Below, piece by piece: positions 21,970 to 30,641 of a stretch of 64,000 nt of DNA (the first letter of the stretch is position 1; every line of letters starts with the position of its first letter). The notes under the pieces are model-generated. The model was not told where the DNA came from, did not search any database, and saw nothing but the letters and a program-made list of their open reading frames with translations. The position numbers and the translations under genes were made by a program. The DNA is taken from the NCBI GenBank assembly GCA_964491925.1, contig CAZBGZ010000003.1, forward strand, positions 86,234 to 150,233, in the 5' to 3' direction. The DNA is from an uncultured Candidatus Saccharibacteria bacterium. Its GTDB lineage: Bacteria > Patescibacteriota > Saccharimonadia > Saccharimonadales > JAGQNJ01.

Positions 21970-21998
21970 TTGCAACAGAGGTAGTTTTGTGCTAAACT
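21970..21998 (+). promoter_or_regulatory. Sigma70-type promoter upstream of rpmF
   Basis: TTGCAA (21970-21975), 17 nt, TAAACT (21993-21998). Confidence 0.4.
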
Positions 21999-22036
21999 AG
22001 TGCTTAACGTTCAAAATAAAGTAAGGAATTAATTTT

Positions 22037-22159
22037 TATGGGTAAACCAAAAAAGAAGACAACCCCTCGCCGCACAGGACAACGTCGTAGCCACCTTGTG
22101 GTCAAACTTGCTCGTGCAGTCAATGCTAAATCTCCAGTAAAAGCATACACAACACGTAA
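22037..22159 (+). CDS. rpmF: 50S ribosomal protein L32 (short form, no zinc ribbon)
   Basis: Not in the ORF track because it is under 60 aa. My translation is MGKPKKKTTPRRTGQRRSHLVVKLARAVNAKSPVKSIHNT*. KKKTxxRRxxRRSH matches the bL32 N-terminal signature. SD-like aaggaa lies upstream. Confidence 0.6.
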
Positions 22160-22261
22160 AGAATCAGGGAAAAAAGCCTAGGCTTGTTCCTGCAAAACAA
22201 GTGGTTCTGCGGTATAATGTAAAACACTGGATAAAACCAGAAAGTTTAGGAATTTAACAAT

Positions 22262-22744
22262 ATGGCTTCAAATAGACACCTTGGTAGAATAGTTGCACTT
22301 CAAACATTGTTTGAGCAAGATTTTCGAGTTAGTAGCAACGATAAGTCGTTCAATTTGCTAGAAGTACTTGATCGAAATATAAAGCGGTACAGCAAAACGC
22401 TCGATGATACAGTGTTCGTAACTGAAATAGTCAAAGGCATTAATAGCAAAAGTGAACATTTAGATTCAGTGCTACAACCACTGGCTCCAGAATGGCCACT
22501 TGATCAAATTGCTAGGATGGATCGGATAGTGTTGCGTATAGGTGCCTATGAGCTAATGTACGAAAAAAAGACTCCGGCTAAAGTTGTTATTAACGAAGCT
22601 GTAGAGCTGGCCAAAGCGTTTGGTGGGGATAATTCCTCAAAGTTCATTAATGGAGTACTGGGCACTTTGCTGCGCCACCTGAACGGTGACACATCGCCTC
22701 GTCCACCAAAGCCTAAAGGAAGTGATATTAAAGAAGATGAATAG
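22262..22744 (+). CDS. nusB: Transcription antitermination factor NusB
   Basis: RxxALQxLF N-terminus ([14 protein letters not shown]) and C-terminal [25 protein letters not shown]. Confidence 0.9.
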   Translation: MASNRHLGRIVALQTLFEQDFRVSSNDKSFNLLEVLDRNIKRYSKTLDDTVFVTEIVKGINSKSEHLDSVLQPLAPEWPLDQIARMDRIVLRIGAYELMYEKKTPAKVVINEAVELAKAFGGDNSSKFINGVLGTLLRHLNGDTSPRPPKPKGSDIKEDE

Positions 22745-23237
22745 ACCAAAGCCAATAAAAGGATTTAGGCGTTTTGCTCAACGGCGTAGCCCAGCTATCA
22801 AGGAAGTCCTCCGCGAGCCAACTGCCGGTGGAGTGGTTTTTCGGCGCAATCAGAAAACTGAGGCAATTGAAATATTGCTGATTCAAGACGCCAAAGACCG
22901 TTGGACTATACCAAAAGGCCATATCGAAGAAGGCGAGACAGCAAAAGAGACTGCAGAACGCGAAATAAAAGAAGAAACTGGTCTAGTTAGTGTACGAGTT
23001 CTGAATTGGCTTGGCAAAATTAACTTTCAATACAGGCGTCAACAAAGTTTGGTTCTAATGACTACTGAAATATTTTTGGTTCATGCTGACAAAGATACCG
23101 ATAAACTGGTCCCAGAGGAGTGGATGAACGGCATAAAATGGTTCCCGGCCAACGATGCTTTGGAAAAGATTGAATACGAAGATATCAGCAAAATTATTCT
23201 TTTAGGAATGAAAAAAATAAGGAACTTATCAGTTTAG
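22737..23237 (+). CDS. NUDIX hydrolase
   Basis: Nudix box [23 protein letters not shown]. Start placed at the internal ATG (MNRPKP), overlapping the nusB stop by 8 nt; the listed start 22686 is less likely. Confidence 0.8.
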   Translation: MNRPKPIKGFRRFAQRRSPAIKEVLREPTAGGVVFRRNQKTEAIEILLIQDAKDRWTIPKGHIEEGETAKETAEREIKEETGLVSVRVLNWLGKINFQYRRQQSLVLMTTEIFLVHADKDTDKLVPEEWMNGIKWFPANDALEKIEYEDISKIILLGMKKIRNLSV

Positions 23238-23239
23238 TT

Positions 23240-23935
23240 ATGCAAAATGTAGCACCATACAATCAGTTCGCCCAAGATAAACTCGGCGTAACTTTTAAAG
23301 ATATTGCTTTGTTGGTCTTGGCTTTTACGCATCGATCGTATGTTAATGAGCACCGCAAAACTGTACAGGAGCACAATGAACGGTTGGAGTTTTTAGGCGA
23401 TGCAGTGCTGGAACTAGTTGTAACAGAATTTTTATATAGTAATTACGATGAGGCAGAGGGGATTTTAACCAACTGGCGCAGTAGCCTAGTTAGGACTGAG
23501 AGCATTGGTGACGCTGCGAAACGTAGTGATTTTGAACCGCTACTACGTTTGAGCCGGGGTGAAAAACGTGGTTCTGATAGGGCCAGAGCCCAGATATTAG
23601 CCAACACTTTTGAGGCGGTTGTTGGTGCTCTTTATTTGGACCAAGGTTACGAAGCTGCAAAGAACTTTATTACGAGCAGTTTATTGCCAACTTTTTCTGA
23701 CATCTTAGAGTCGGGTTCCTGGATGGACGCCAAGTCGCACTTACAAGAAAAAGCTCAGGCTGCCGATAATGCGACACCCGTTTACCGGGTTATGGAAGAA
23801 GAAGGCCCAGATCATGACAAGATTTTTACAGTTGGTGTTTATGTTAACGACAAGCTGATGGGGACGGGCTCTGGACCCAGTAAGCAGATAGGCCAACAAC
23901 AAGCGGCTTCCGAAGCACTAAAAAAATACCAATAG
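23240..23935 (+). CDS. rnc: Ribonuclease III
   Basis: Signature ERLEFLGDAVLE, plus a C-terminal dsRBD (...GSGPSKQIGQQQAASEALKK). Confidence 0.95.
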   Translation: MQNVAPYNQFAQDKLGVTFKDIALLVLAFTHRSYVNEHRKTVQEHNERLEFLGDAVLELVVTEFLYSNYDEAEGILTNWRSSLVRTESIGDAAKRSDFEPLLRLSRGEKRGSDRARAQILANTFEAVVGALYLDQGYEAAKNFITSSLLPTFSDILESGSWMDAKSHLQEKAQAADNATPVYRVMEEEGPDHDKIFTVGVYVNDKLMGTGSGPSKQIGQQQAASEALKKYQ

Positions 23936-23976
23936 TACTTTCGAGATTATTTTTCTTTCGATCTGTCGGCTCAATC

Positions 23977-24011
23977 TCCCTATTACTTTGTTCCGACAAA
24001 GTAATTAGGGA
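23977..24011 (+). other. 15-16 bp hairpin immediately downstream of rnc
   Basis: tccctattactttgt-tccg-acaaagtaattaggga (one bulged A). No T-tract follows, so it may be a processing site rather than a classical terminator. Confidence 0.5.
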
Positions 24012-24030
24012 ACTCTTGGCTATCCGTTTG

Positions 24031-24428
24031 TCTTGATATGACTTCCAGTCAATAGCTACAACAGCCTTGGACAATGCAAGCACCCCGAATAGTTCTCCAG
24101 TTTAATTATTCGGGGAAGTCCAAGTCCTATTTGTTGTAGCATTGACGAAGTCATTCAGGCCAAGCCGAAGGCCACCTCAATATGTAATAGTTATCTCTTT
24201 GCTGGCCAAAGGCCAGAAAAACACAGTCGACGAGTTAATTAGTTAATAAATGAAACATCCATAGGGTGTTTAACAAATAGAGTTGCCTCTGTATTTTCCT
24301 GAAAGACTACGTCAACACTACAACAAAAGAGACGAGGACTGTTTGAAGATACTCTATATGCCTAAACGGCATATAGAGTATCAAGTTCCACAGGCTGTTG
24401 TGGTGTTTGACTGGTAGTCTTGTCAAGA
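24031..24428 (+). ncRNA. Candidate large structured RNA of unknown class (alternative: MITE-like inverted-repeat element)
   Basis: No credible ORF. Closing helix of ~30 bp (24031-24066 with 24393-24428). Internal hairpin 24083-24115 (9 bp). 18-bp long-range helix 24130-24147/24310-24327. Perfect 15-bp hairpin 24348-24382. Strand is assumed from the flanking genes. Confidence 0.45.
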
Positions 24429-24542
24429 AAATACAGGAGCATGGCACTTTTGCATACTTTTGTTGCTACTTAGAAAAGTATGATGGAAAGTTTGTCCATG
24501 GGATATGAACAGTCTGATTAGCGGGCAAAAGTAATTGGGTAG

Positions 24543-24571
24543 TTGACAACAGAGGTGCTTATCTGTAAAAT
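24543..24571 (+). promoter_or_regulatory. Consensus-like sigma70 promoter for the rpsP operon
   Basis: TTGACA (24543-24548), 17 nt, TAAAAT (24566-24571). About a 55-nt leader with SD aaggaag before the ATG at 24632. Confidence 0.6.
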
Positions 24572-24631
24572 AAGCCAAAGATAGTTTTGTAAGTCTAATA
24601 ATCCACAAGGAAGAGAAGTTATAAAGAAGAT

Positions 24632-25183
24632 ATGTTAGCTATTCGTTTGCAAAGAACCGGCCGTAAAGGCAACGCCCAATATCGAGTAATCGTTCAGGAG
24701 GCTCAACGTACACCTACTAGTGGGCGGGTAGTTTATCGTCTAGGAAGCTATGACCCTCATGCAAAAACTTTTGCAGTCGATAAGGAAAAAGCAGAGTTTT
24801 ACCTCGGGCATGGCGCTCAGCCATCAGACCGGATCGTCAGATTGTTTAAAAATAACGGTGTCAAATTGCCCGATTGGGTTAAAATAAGCGAACCAATCAA
24901 ACGTACAGTTCGAAATCCTGAAAAGCTACGCAAGAATCAGCCAAAGGAAGAAAAACCAGCTGAAGCACCCGCTGAAGTTCTAGCCGAACAAGAAGAAACT
25001 GTTGCTGAAGAGCCTGTCGCCGATAATGCCGTCACAGCTGTAGAACCAACAGAAGTTGCAGCTGAAAACGTTGATACAGAAGCTGAGCCAGCCGTAGAAG
25101 AAGTTGCTTCAGCTGAAACTACGACTGACGAAGTAGCGCCAAAAACAGAAGAAAAACCTGCTGAAGCTGACTCAAAAGCCTAA
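24632..25183 (+). CDS. rpsP: 30S ribosomal protein S16 with a long acidic Ala/Glu/Pro-rich C-terminal extension
   Basis: N-terminus MLAIRLQRTGRKGNAQYRVIV.. is the bS16 signature. Residues ~100-183 are low complexity (EEKPAEAPAEVLAEQEE...). Confidence 0.9.
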   Translation: MLAIRLQRTGRKGNAQYRVIVQEAQRTPTSGRVVYRLGSYDPHAKTFAVDKEKAEFYLGHGAQPSDRIVRLFKNNGVKLPDWVKISEPIKRTVRNPEKLRKNQPKEEKPAEAPAEVLAEQEETVAEEPVADNAVTAVEPTEVAAENVDTEAEPAVEEVASAETTTDEVAPKTEEKPAEADSKA

Positions 25184-25245
25184 GCGCTGTGTGATATAAT
25201 TTTATACACCAAAAGACAGTAATTACTGAAAAAGGAGAAAATACA

Positions 25246-25767
25246 GTGAGTGCAAGTATTGACGAACAATTCATAGAATACGTAGTAAAAACAATCGTTG
25301 GCAAGCCAGACGCAGTTTCCATCAAGAGGACTATTGATGAAAAAGGTGTGCTGTTAGAATTGACAGTTGACCCAGAAGACATTGGCCGAGTTATCGGAAA
25401 ACGTGGCTCAGGCGCACAGGCACTGAGAACATTACTTCGCGCACTTGGTACCAAAAATGACGCCAGGTACAATTTAAAAATTATTGATGTAGGTAGTGAT
25501 AGGCCAGAACGCCCTGCACGCGAAGACAGGCCCATGCCATCAGAGCAAATTGATAATCAACCCCAGACTGACCGAGTACATGATGTAGCAATGGATAAGC
25601 CAGAACAAGATACTCCAGCTGAAGAAGTAGCTATCGTGGAAGAAAAATCAACAGATAATAATGTGTTTACGGATGACGACAAAACAGAGGACGACAAGGA
25701 TGATAATAGTTCTAGTCTAGATAAAACACGCCGCGAATTAGCTGACCTCGACGACCTAGACATTTAA
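25246..25767 (+). CDS. KH-domain RNA-binding protein (YlqC-like) with an acidic C-terminal extension
   Basis: GTG start after SD aaaaggagaa. KH motif IGRVIGKRGSGAQALRTLL. About a 90-aa D/E-rich tail. Located in the conserved position after rpsP. Confidence 0.8.
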   Translation: MSASIDEQFIEYVVKTIVGKPDAVSIKRTIDEKGVLLELTVDPEDIGRVIGKRGSGAQALRTLLRALGTKNDARYNLKIIDVGSDRPERPAREDRPMPSEQIDNQPQTDRVHDVAMDKPEQDTPAEEVAIVEEKSTDNNVFTDDDKTEDDKDDNSSSLDKTRRELADLDDLDI

Positions 25768-25966
25768 CGCACGTGCACCGTTCAGCCAGCCAGCAAAAGC
25801 TGACTGCACCGCCGAACTCTTGGTACCAGACGCGATTTTCCCCTGCGATGCTCCCTCCACCGTACTTTTTTGTGCGGTTCGGTCTGCTTCTCGGGAAGAT
25901 ATCACCCCTGGTGCTCAAGTACAAGTGCGTTAAAACCCAGAGTTATTTGATAACATAGACACATAT

Positions 25967-26605
25967 ATGAAGATATTTATTATTAGTTTATTTCCGGAGA
26001 TGTTTGATGGTGTTTTGAATACCAGCATGCTTCGCAAGGCTCAAGATATTGGGGCTGTTGAGTTTATTCATATTCCACTACGTGATTTCGGTTTAGGGCC
26101 AAGAAAACAAGTTGATGACATACCATACGGTGGTGGTGATGGCATGGTATTAAAACCTGAACCAATCGTCGCGGCTATAGAACATGCAAAAGTCTTATCA
26201 CCAAAATCAAGAGTAATCCTAGCTACACCAAGAGGGAAACTATACAAGCAGTCCGATGCAAAACGCTACGCGGCCGTCCAGCAAGATTTGATTTTTGTGT
26301 GCAGTAGATACGAAGGCTATGATGAGCGAGTTACAGAATATGTTGATGACCAGATTTGTATGGGTAACTACGTGCTAACTGGTGGGGAGTTACCGACTAT
26401 GACAATAATAGATAGCATCGTCCGCTTACTCCCAGGTGTTCTGGGCGGGGAAACATCAGCCGAAAAAGAGTCATTCCAAGCAGACGACAAACACATAGAA
26501 CACCCTCACTACACAAGGCCCGAAGACTTCAGAGGAAAAATTGTTCCAGAAGTATTACGAAGTGGGCACCACGGCGAAATTGAAAAATGGCGCAAGTCTC
26601 AATAA
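25967..26605 (+). CDS. trmD: tRNA (guanine37-N1)-methyltransferase
   Basis: TrmD sequence features (IISLFPEMF..., DDIPYGGGDGMVLKPEP, YEGYDERV, VLTGGELP, SGHHGEIEKWR). Confidence 0.9.
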   Translation: MKIFIISLFPEMFDGVLNTSMLRKAQDIGAVEFIHIPLRDFGLGPRKQVDDIPYGGGDGMVLKPEPIVAAIEHAKVLSPKSRVILATPRGKLYKQSDAKRYAAVQQDLIFVCSRYEGYDERVTEYVDDQICMGNYVLTGGELPTMTIIDSIVRLLPGVLGGETSAEKESFQADDKHIEHPHYTRPEDFRGKIVPEVLRSGHHGEIEKWRKSQ

Positions 26606-26782
26606 ATCTTTCTATATTTCTTCTCAGTATGGGCGCTGTGGTTCCGGCCCCATAAAATTAACGTGTAATTACTTATTTTGGGGCTAGAAATTAATATAGG
26701 AGGTTGAAGCAATACCTAATTCCTGAGACTCGACGGCTGCTTCTATTTTTAAAGCCTGATACAATAGTATAAAAAGGACTAA

Positions 26783-27304
26783 ATGATGGTTGATTTACAA
26801 GGAGAAAACAAGAAAATCAGTGCTAGAGCAAAATCTACACTAAAGGGGAAGACCATATCGGGTGGGGCCGTTTTTACCGAATACGATGTTGATGGCGCGA
26901 AATACGTAAGAATAATTTTAGACATAAAGGGTGACACTAGCGTGCTACAACCAGGAACCCATGCAGTACATATACATGAAAAAGCCAGTTGTGATTGTGA
27001 CGATTTCAAGTGTGCGGGCGGGCATTTTGATCCAGGACCAAACGGTAACAGCGACCCAGATGCAAACCATGGTTATCACGCTGGTGATCTGCCCAGTATT
27101 ACAACCGATGAAAAAGGTGAAGGGCACTTAGAATGCATCACCTCACGCTTGACCCTCAGTGATGGGCCTGTTTCAATCTTGCAGCCTGAAGAGGGAACGT
27201 CAATAATGGTCCATGCCAATCCAGATCCATATACTCCAGGTGACTCTGGCTCTGGTCACAGTGGCGGCCCCCGCCTAGCCTGTGGCACAATCGAAAAAGT
27301 TTGA
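26783..27304 (+). CDS. sodC: Cu/Zn superoxide dismutase, apparently without a signal peptide
   Basis: HAVHIHEKASC, GGHFDPG, HAGDLPSI and GGPRLACGTIE match SodC metal-ligand and disulfide motifs. The N-terminus MMVDLQGENKKISARAK is not hydrophobic. Confidence 0.85.
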   Translation: MMVDLQGENKKISARAKSTLKGKTISGGAVFTEYDVDGAKYVRIILDIKGDTSVLQPGTHAVHIHEKASCDCDDFKCAGGHFDPGPNGNSDPDANHGYHAGDLPSITTDEKGEGHLECITSRLTLSDGPVSILQPEEGTSIMVHANPDPYTPGDSGSGHSGGPRLACGTIEKV

Positions 27305-27310
27305 ATTTCT

Positions 27311-27502
27311 CTAGAATTGTTTAATAATTTGAGCAATCAGAAATAACAAACCTATGCATGAAAAGGCAATACTTATTATGAATATGCCTTCTAAAAAAAT
27401 ACCCATTGGTTTATGCGCAATATCACTTTTTCTGATCAGTCTAATACAAATCATTAAAAACAAAGGTAGGACTAGTAACATCATTGCGCCCATATACAAC
27501 AT
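27311..27502 (-). CDS. Small two-TM membrane protein, hypothetical
   Basis: 63-aa hydrophobic ORF. No family recognised. Confidence 0.3.
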   Translation of the reverse strand: MLYMGAMMLLVLPLFLMICIRLIRKSDIAHKPMGIFLEGIFIISIAFSCIGLLFLIAQIIKQF

Positions 27503-27524
27503 AAAAACTCCTTAACTACTTAAG

Positions 27525-28703
27525 TTAACTCAATTTAACTAATTTTTTAATGGATGATAGCAAGTTCTTTTCTTTGTCTATTAAAATCTCTTTTTTCGAC
27601 AGAGAGGCAGTATCACGGAATACTTCCATGAACATTTGAATGGTGGTAACTATCACGATCATCAGTACAGGGCCGAGAACGATGCCCACAAAACCGAAAA
27701 ACGCAATTCCCGAGAACACAGACAACATCATCAGTGCAGAATCGAGCCTGGCCTCTTTTGGCACCAGTTTTGGTCGTAAGACATTGTCGATGTTAGTCAC
27801 GATAAGTAGGTGGTTAGCAATAACAAGGACGCCTTGCCAGACATTCCCCGTCAGGATCATTACTATACCGATAGGAATCGTTACGATACCCGCACCCAGG
27901 GGAACAACCGATAGGGTGGTTAATAAGAGCGCAAAAAAGAAAAATAAATCTGATAAGCCAGCGATAGAAAGGACAACGGCACTTTCTAGGCCTTGGCATA
28001 ACGCAATAATAAACTGGCCCCTGACAGTTGCTTTTGTCATTGACCCCATACGGTCAAAGTAAAGATTGCTAATTTCTGTTCCCAGCGGGTTTAGTTTACC
28101 AATAGATTTTTGCAATTTGTCTCTGTTTATTAATAGAGACATAAAAACGTAAATATATATAATCGCTATAGTAATGGTTGAGAATATGCCAGCCACTGAT
28201 GACGCTAGGCCAGATGCAATAGTTTTGGCATATTGCTCAAGCGTGCTAGATATGGCACTGTTGACGCCGGCTAATGTCAATCTGGTCGACACGCCCATAT
28301 GCGCCAACAAGTTATTTATACTGTTTATAATTTGGTTCATAAGATCAGTCATGTCTGTAGAGTACCCCGACGAAGATATGCTTTTTACTAGGCTATTTAC
28401 CTGAATCACGGTGACAAATACCACGAACGAAATAGGGACAATCACTGCTAGTAATGTGGCAAAAAATGTCAAGACTCCTGCACTTCCTTGACTCTTTCCT
28501 TTTTTAACTAGCCAGTCATAAACTGGCATGAATAAATACGCCACAATTGCAGCGACAGCTATCAGAATCAAATAGTTTTGTAGAAAAACAACACCAACGA
28601 CGACAGCCAAAATAGTTGCTACGGCTAGACTACGTTTTTGTTCCTTTGTGACTTTCAGTAATGACATAATAGATTGCAGTAACTTTACTACATAAACAAC
28701 CAT
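27525..28703 (-). CDS. AI-2E (PerM/YhhT) family transporter
   Basis: About 8 TM helices with the long central loop typical of the AI-2E family. The start is uncertain (28703 or 28667). Confidence 0.6.
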   Translation of the reverse strand: MVVYVVKLLQSIMSLLKVTKEQKRSLAVATILAVVVGVVFLQNYLILIAVAAIVAYLFMPVYDWLVKKGKSQGSAGVLTFFATLLAVIVPISFVVFVTVIQVNSLVKSISSSGYSTDMTDLMNQIINSINNLLAHMGVSTRLTLAGVNSAISSTLEQYAKTIASGLASSVAGIFSTITIAIIYIYVFMSLLINRDKLQKSIGKLNPLGTEISNLYFDRMGSMTKATVRGQFIIALCQGLESAVVLSIAGLSDLFFFFALLLTTLSVVPLGAGIVTIPIGIVMILTGNVWQGVLVIANHLLIVTNIDNVLRPKLVPKEARLDSALMMLSVFSGIAFFGFVGIVLGPVLMIVIVTTIQMFMEVFRDTASLSKKEILIDKEKNLLSSIKKLVKLS

Positions 28704-28766
28704 TCATCAACGTTATGACTTCGAAAAACTATGGCATTAATTAAAGTTACATGATTATATAAGATT

Positions 28767-30362
28767 ATGAAAAAATGGAGTGTTGTTGCCATACTTGCCT
28801 TAGCTCAATTTATAATGGTTTTGGATAGTACGGTCATGAACGTGTCGATGTCAGAGGTAGTAACATCTTTGAACACGACTATTTCAGGATTACAAGCAGC
28901 CATAACTTTTTACACTCTAACGATGGCGGCATTTATGCTACTCGGTGGGAAACTGGGCGATAAATACGGTAGGCTAAAAGTATTTAAAGTAGGAGCAGTA
29001 ATCTATGGTTTGGGTTCACTGCTAACCGCAGTTAGCCCCAATTTGGCGACTCTAATGTTTGGGTGGTCGCTAGTAGAGGGGCTTGGTGCAGTGTTGGTTA
29101 TACCGGCAATAGCAGCACTTGTAGCAAACAACTACAAAGGCAAAGATAGGGTGGTTGGATTTGCAGTTATTGGTGGTATTTCAGGTGCGGCAGCAGCGGC
29201 TGGTCCGTTAATTGGTGGTTTTGTGACCACCTACTTTTCCTGGAGATACGTCTTTGCGGCAGAGACCATTATTATGGCTGTGGTTCTCTTGCTATCCAGT
29301 CGAATTGGAGACGCAAAAAAAGTAAAAGGTGCACCAAAAATAGATTTTGCCAGTGTTGTCCTTTCGGCTACTGGAATGGGAATCTTTGTTTTCGGCTTAT
29401 TACAAAGTAAAACTTGGGGTTGGGTTCAGCCAATGGCCAAGCCTGTAATTAATGGTCAAGAAATTGCTCCATTTGGGATCTCCATAGTGTCTTATCTGTT
29501 ATTGACGGGCTTTTTTATCCTTTGGGCTTTTTATAAAAGGCAACAATCGCTAGAGCTCGCCGAGAAAAACCCATTATTACAAGTATCCATGCTGGCCATC
29601 AAGCCATTAGGGGCGGGGCTGGCAGTGCTGGGCTCGCAATATGTCATCACTGCGGCTACTTTTTTTGTGATTCCAGTATATCTTCAAATGGTACTGGGGC
29701 TCAACGCGTTGGACACTGGAATAAAGATATTCCCGCTTTCAGTGGCATTAATTATTTTCTCAGTCCTTGGCACAAGACTGATAGCTAATTACACGCCTAA
29801 AAAAATTATTAGACTTGGCCAGCTATTGCTAGTGTTTGGAGCTTTGCTTTTAGTAGGCGCAATCGATCCAGCGCTTAAAAGCTTCCTTTTTGGTGCCGGT
29901 CTATTCCTGCTCGGTGGTGGTTTGGGCCTACTTGCATCACAAATTGGTAATGTAACGATGTCGTCGGTTGGGGACAAACAGTCTAGTGAGATAGGGGGCC
30001 TACAAGGCACTTCTCAGAATCTAGGTTCATCACTCGGCACTGCCGTTATCGGGTCCATCTTAATAGCCTCATTGACATCGGGTTTTGTTAATAATATATC
30101 TCAAAACAGCGATGTACCAAATAATGTACAATCATCAATACAAGCAAAAAGCACAGCTGGCATTCCTATTGTTTCCACTCAACAAGTTGAGGCTGCTGCA
30201 ACCAATGCTGGTCTTGACACTACAACTGTGGAATCGATTACGGCAGACTACCAGTCTGCTGAAGTAAATGGCCTAAAGCAAGCAATGTTCTTTATTATGG
30301 TGATAGCACTCCTATCGATGCTGTTATCAAAAAATATTCCAAATAAAAAAGTAGCCTCATAA
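28767..30362 (+). CDS. MFS transporter, 14-TMS DHA2/EmrB-like
   Basis: N-terminal LDSTVMNVS motif, GKLGDKYGR (motif A-like), and about 14 TM helices. Confidence 0.75.
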   Translation: MKKWSVVAILALAQFIMVLDSTVMNVSMSEVVTSLNTTISGLQAAITFYTLTMAAFMLLGGKLGDKYGRLKVFKVGAVIYGLGSLLTAVSPNLATLMFGWSLVEGLGAVLVIPAIAALVANNYKGKDRVVGFAVIGGISGAAAAAGPLIGGFVTTYFSWRYVFAAETIIMAVVLLLSSRIGDAKKVKGAPKIDFASVVLSATGMGIFVFGLLQSKTWGWVQPMAKPVINGQEIAPFGISIVSYLLLTGFFILWAFYKRQQSLELAEKNPLLQVSMLAIKPLGAGLAVLGSQYVITAATFFVIPVYLQMVLGLNALDTGIKIFPLSVALIIFSVLGTRLIANYTPKKIIRLGQLLLVFGALLLVGAIDPALKSFLFGAGLFLLGGGLGLLASQIGNVTMSSVGDKQSSEIGGLQGTSQNLGSSLGTAVIGSILIASLTSGFVNNISQNSDVPNNVQSSIQAKSTAGIPIVSTQQVEAAATNAGLDTTTVESITADYQSAEVNGLKQAMFFIMVIALLSMLLSKNIPNKKVAS

Positions 30363-30382
30363 TCAAAGACTACTTATTTATA

Positions 30383-30640
30383 TTACAACCCTAAGATTTG
30401 TTTTTTCTTAGTGGCAAATTCTTCATCGGTCAGAATTCCATCAGTGTGAAGTTGCCCTAGTTTTTCTAGCTGAACCATTTGGTCATCTTGTGTAGGCGCA
30501 GCGGAAACCTGTTGCGCTGATTGCTCAGTATCTTCTTGAGCATAACGCCTAGCTTGGCGTCGGCTAACATTATTTGATACAGCCGTTGCGGTGCCCGAAA
30601 CAACTGCGACCCTGGCCATTCCTCTTAGTAATCCTGGCAT
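30383..30640 (-). CDS. SHOCT domain protein
   Basis: C-terminal LEKLGQLHTDGILTDEEFATKKKQILGL is the SHOCT motif. Confidence 0.75.
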   Translation of the reverse strand: MPGLLRGMARVAVVSGTATAVSNNVSRRQARRYAQEDTEQSAQQVSAAPTQDDQMVQLEKLGQLHTDGILTDEEFATKKKQILGL

Positions 30641-30641
30641 A

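Noticed and set aside
24031-24428. Calling the rnc-rpsP element RNase P RNA because of GGGGAAGTCC after a P3-like hairpin
   Set aside because: The CR-I match lacks one of the three conserved A residues. I could not find the CR-V ACAGAA...GGCUUA strand, the P4 pseudoknot partner near the 3' end, or the GGUAAGGGUGAAA-type CR-II/III motifs. The complementary CTTGG lies 5' of the hairpin, which is the wrong topology. The question is left open for a covariance-model search.
25773-25958. 61-aa ORF (and the antisense 70-aa ORF) in the GC-rich KH-trmD spacer
   Set aside because: It has no ribosome-binding site, odd composition and no recognisable similarity to RimM or any other family. I treated it as non-coding.
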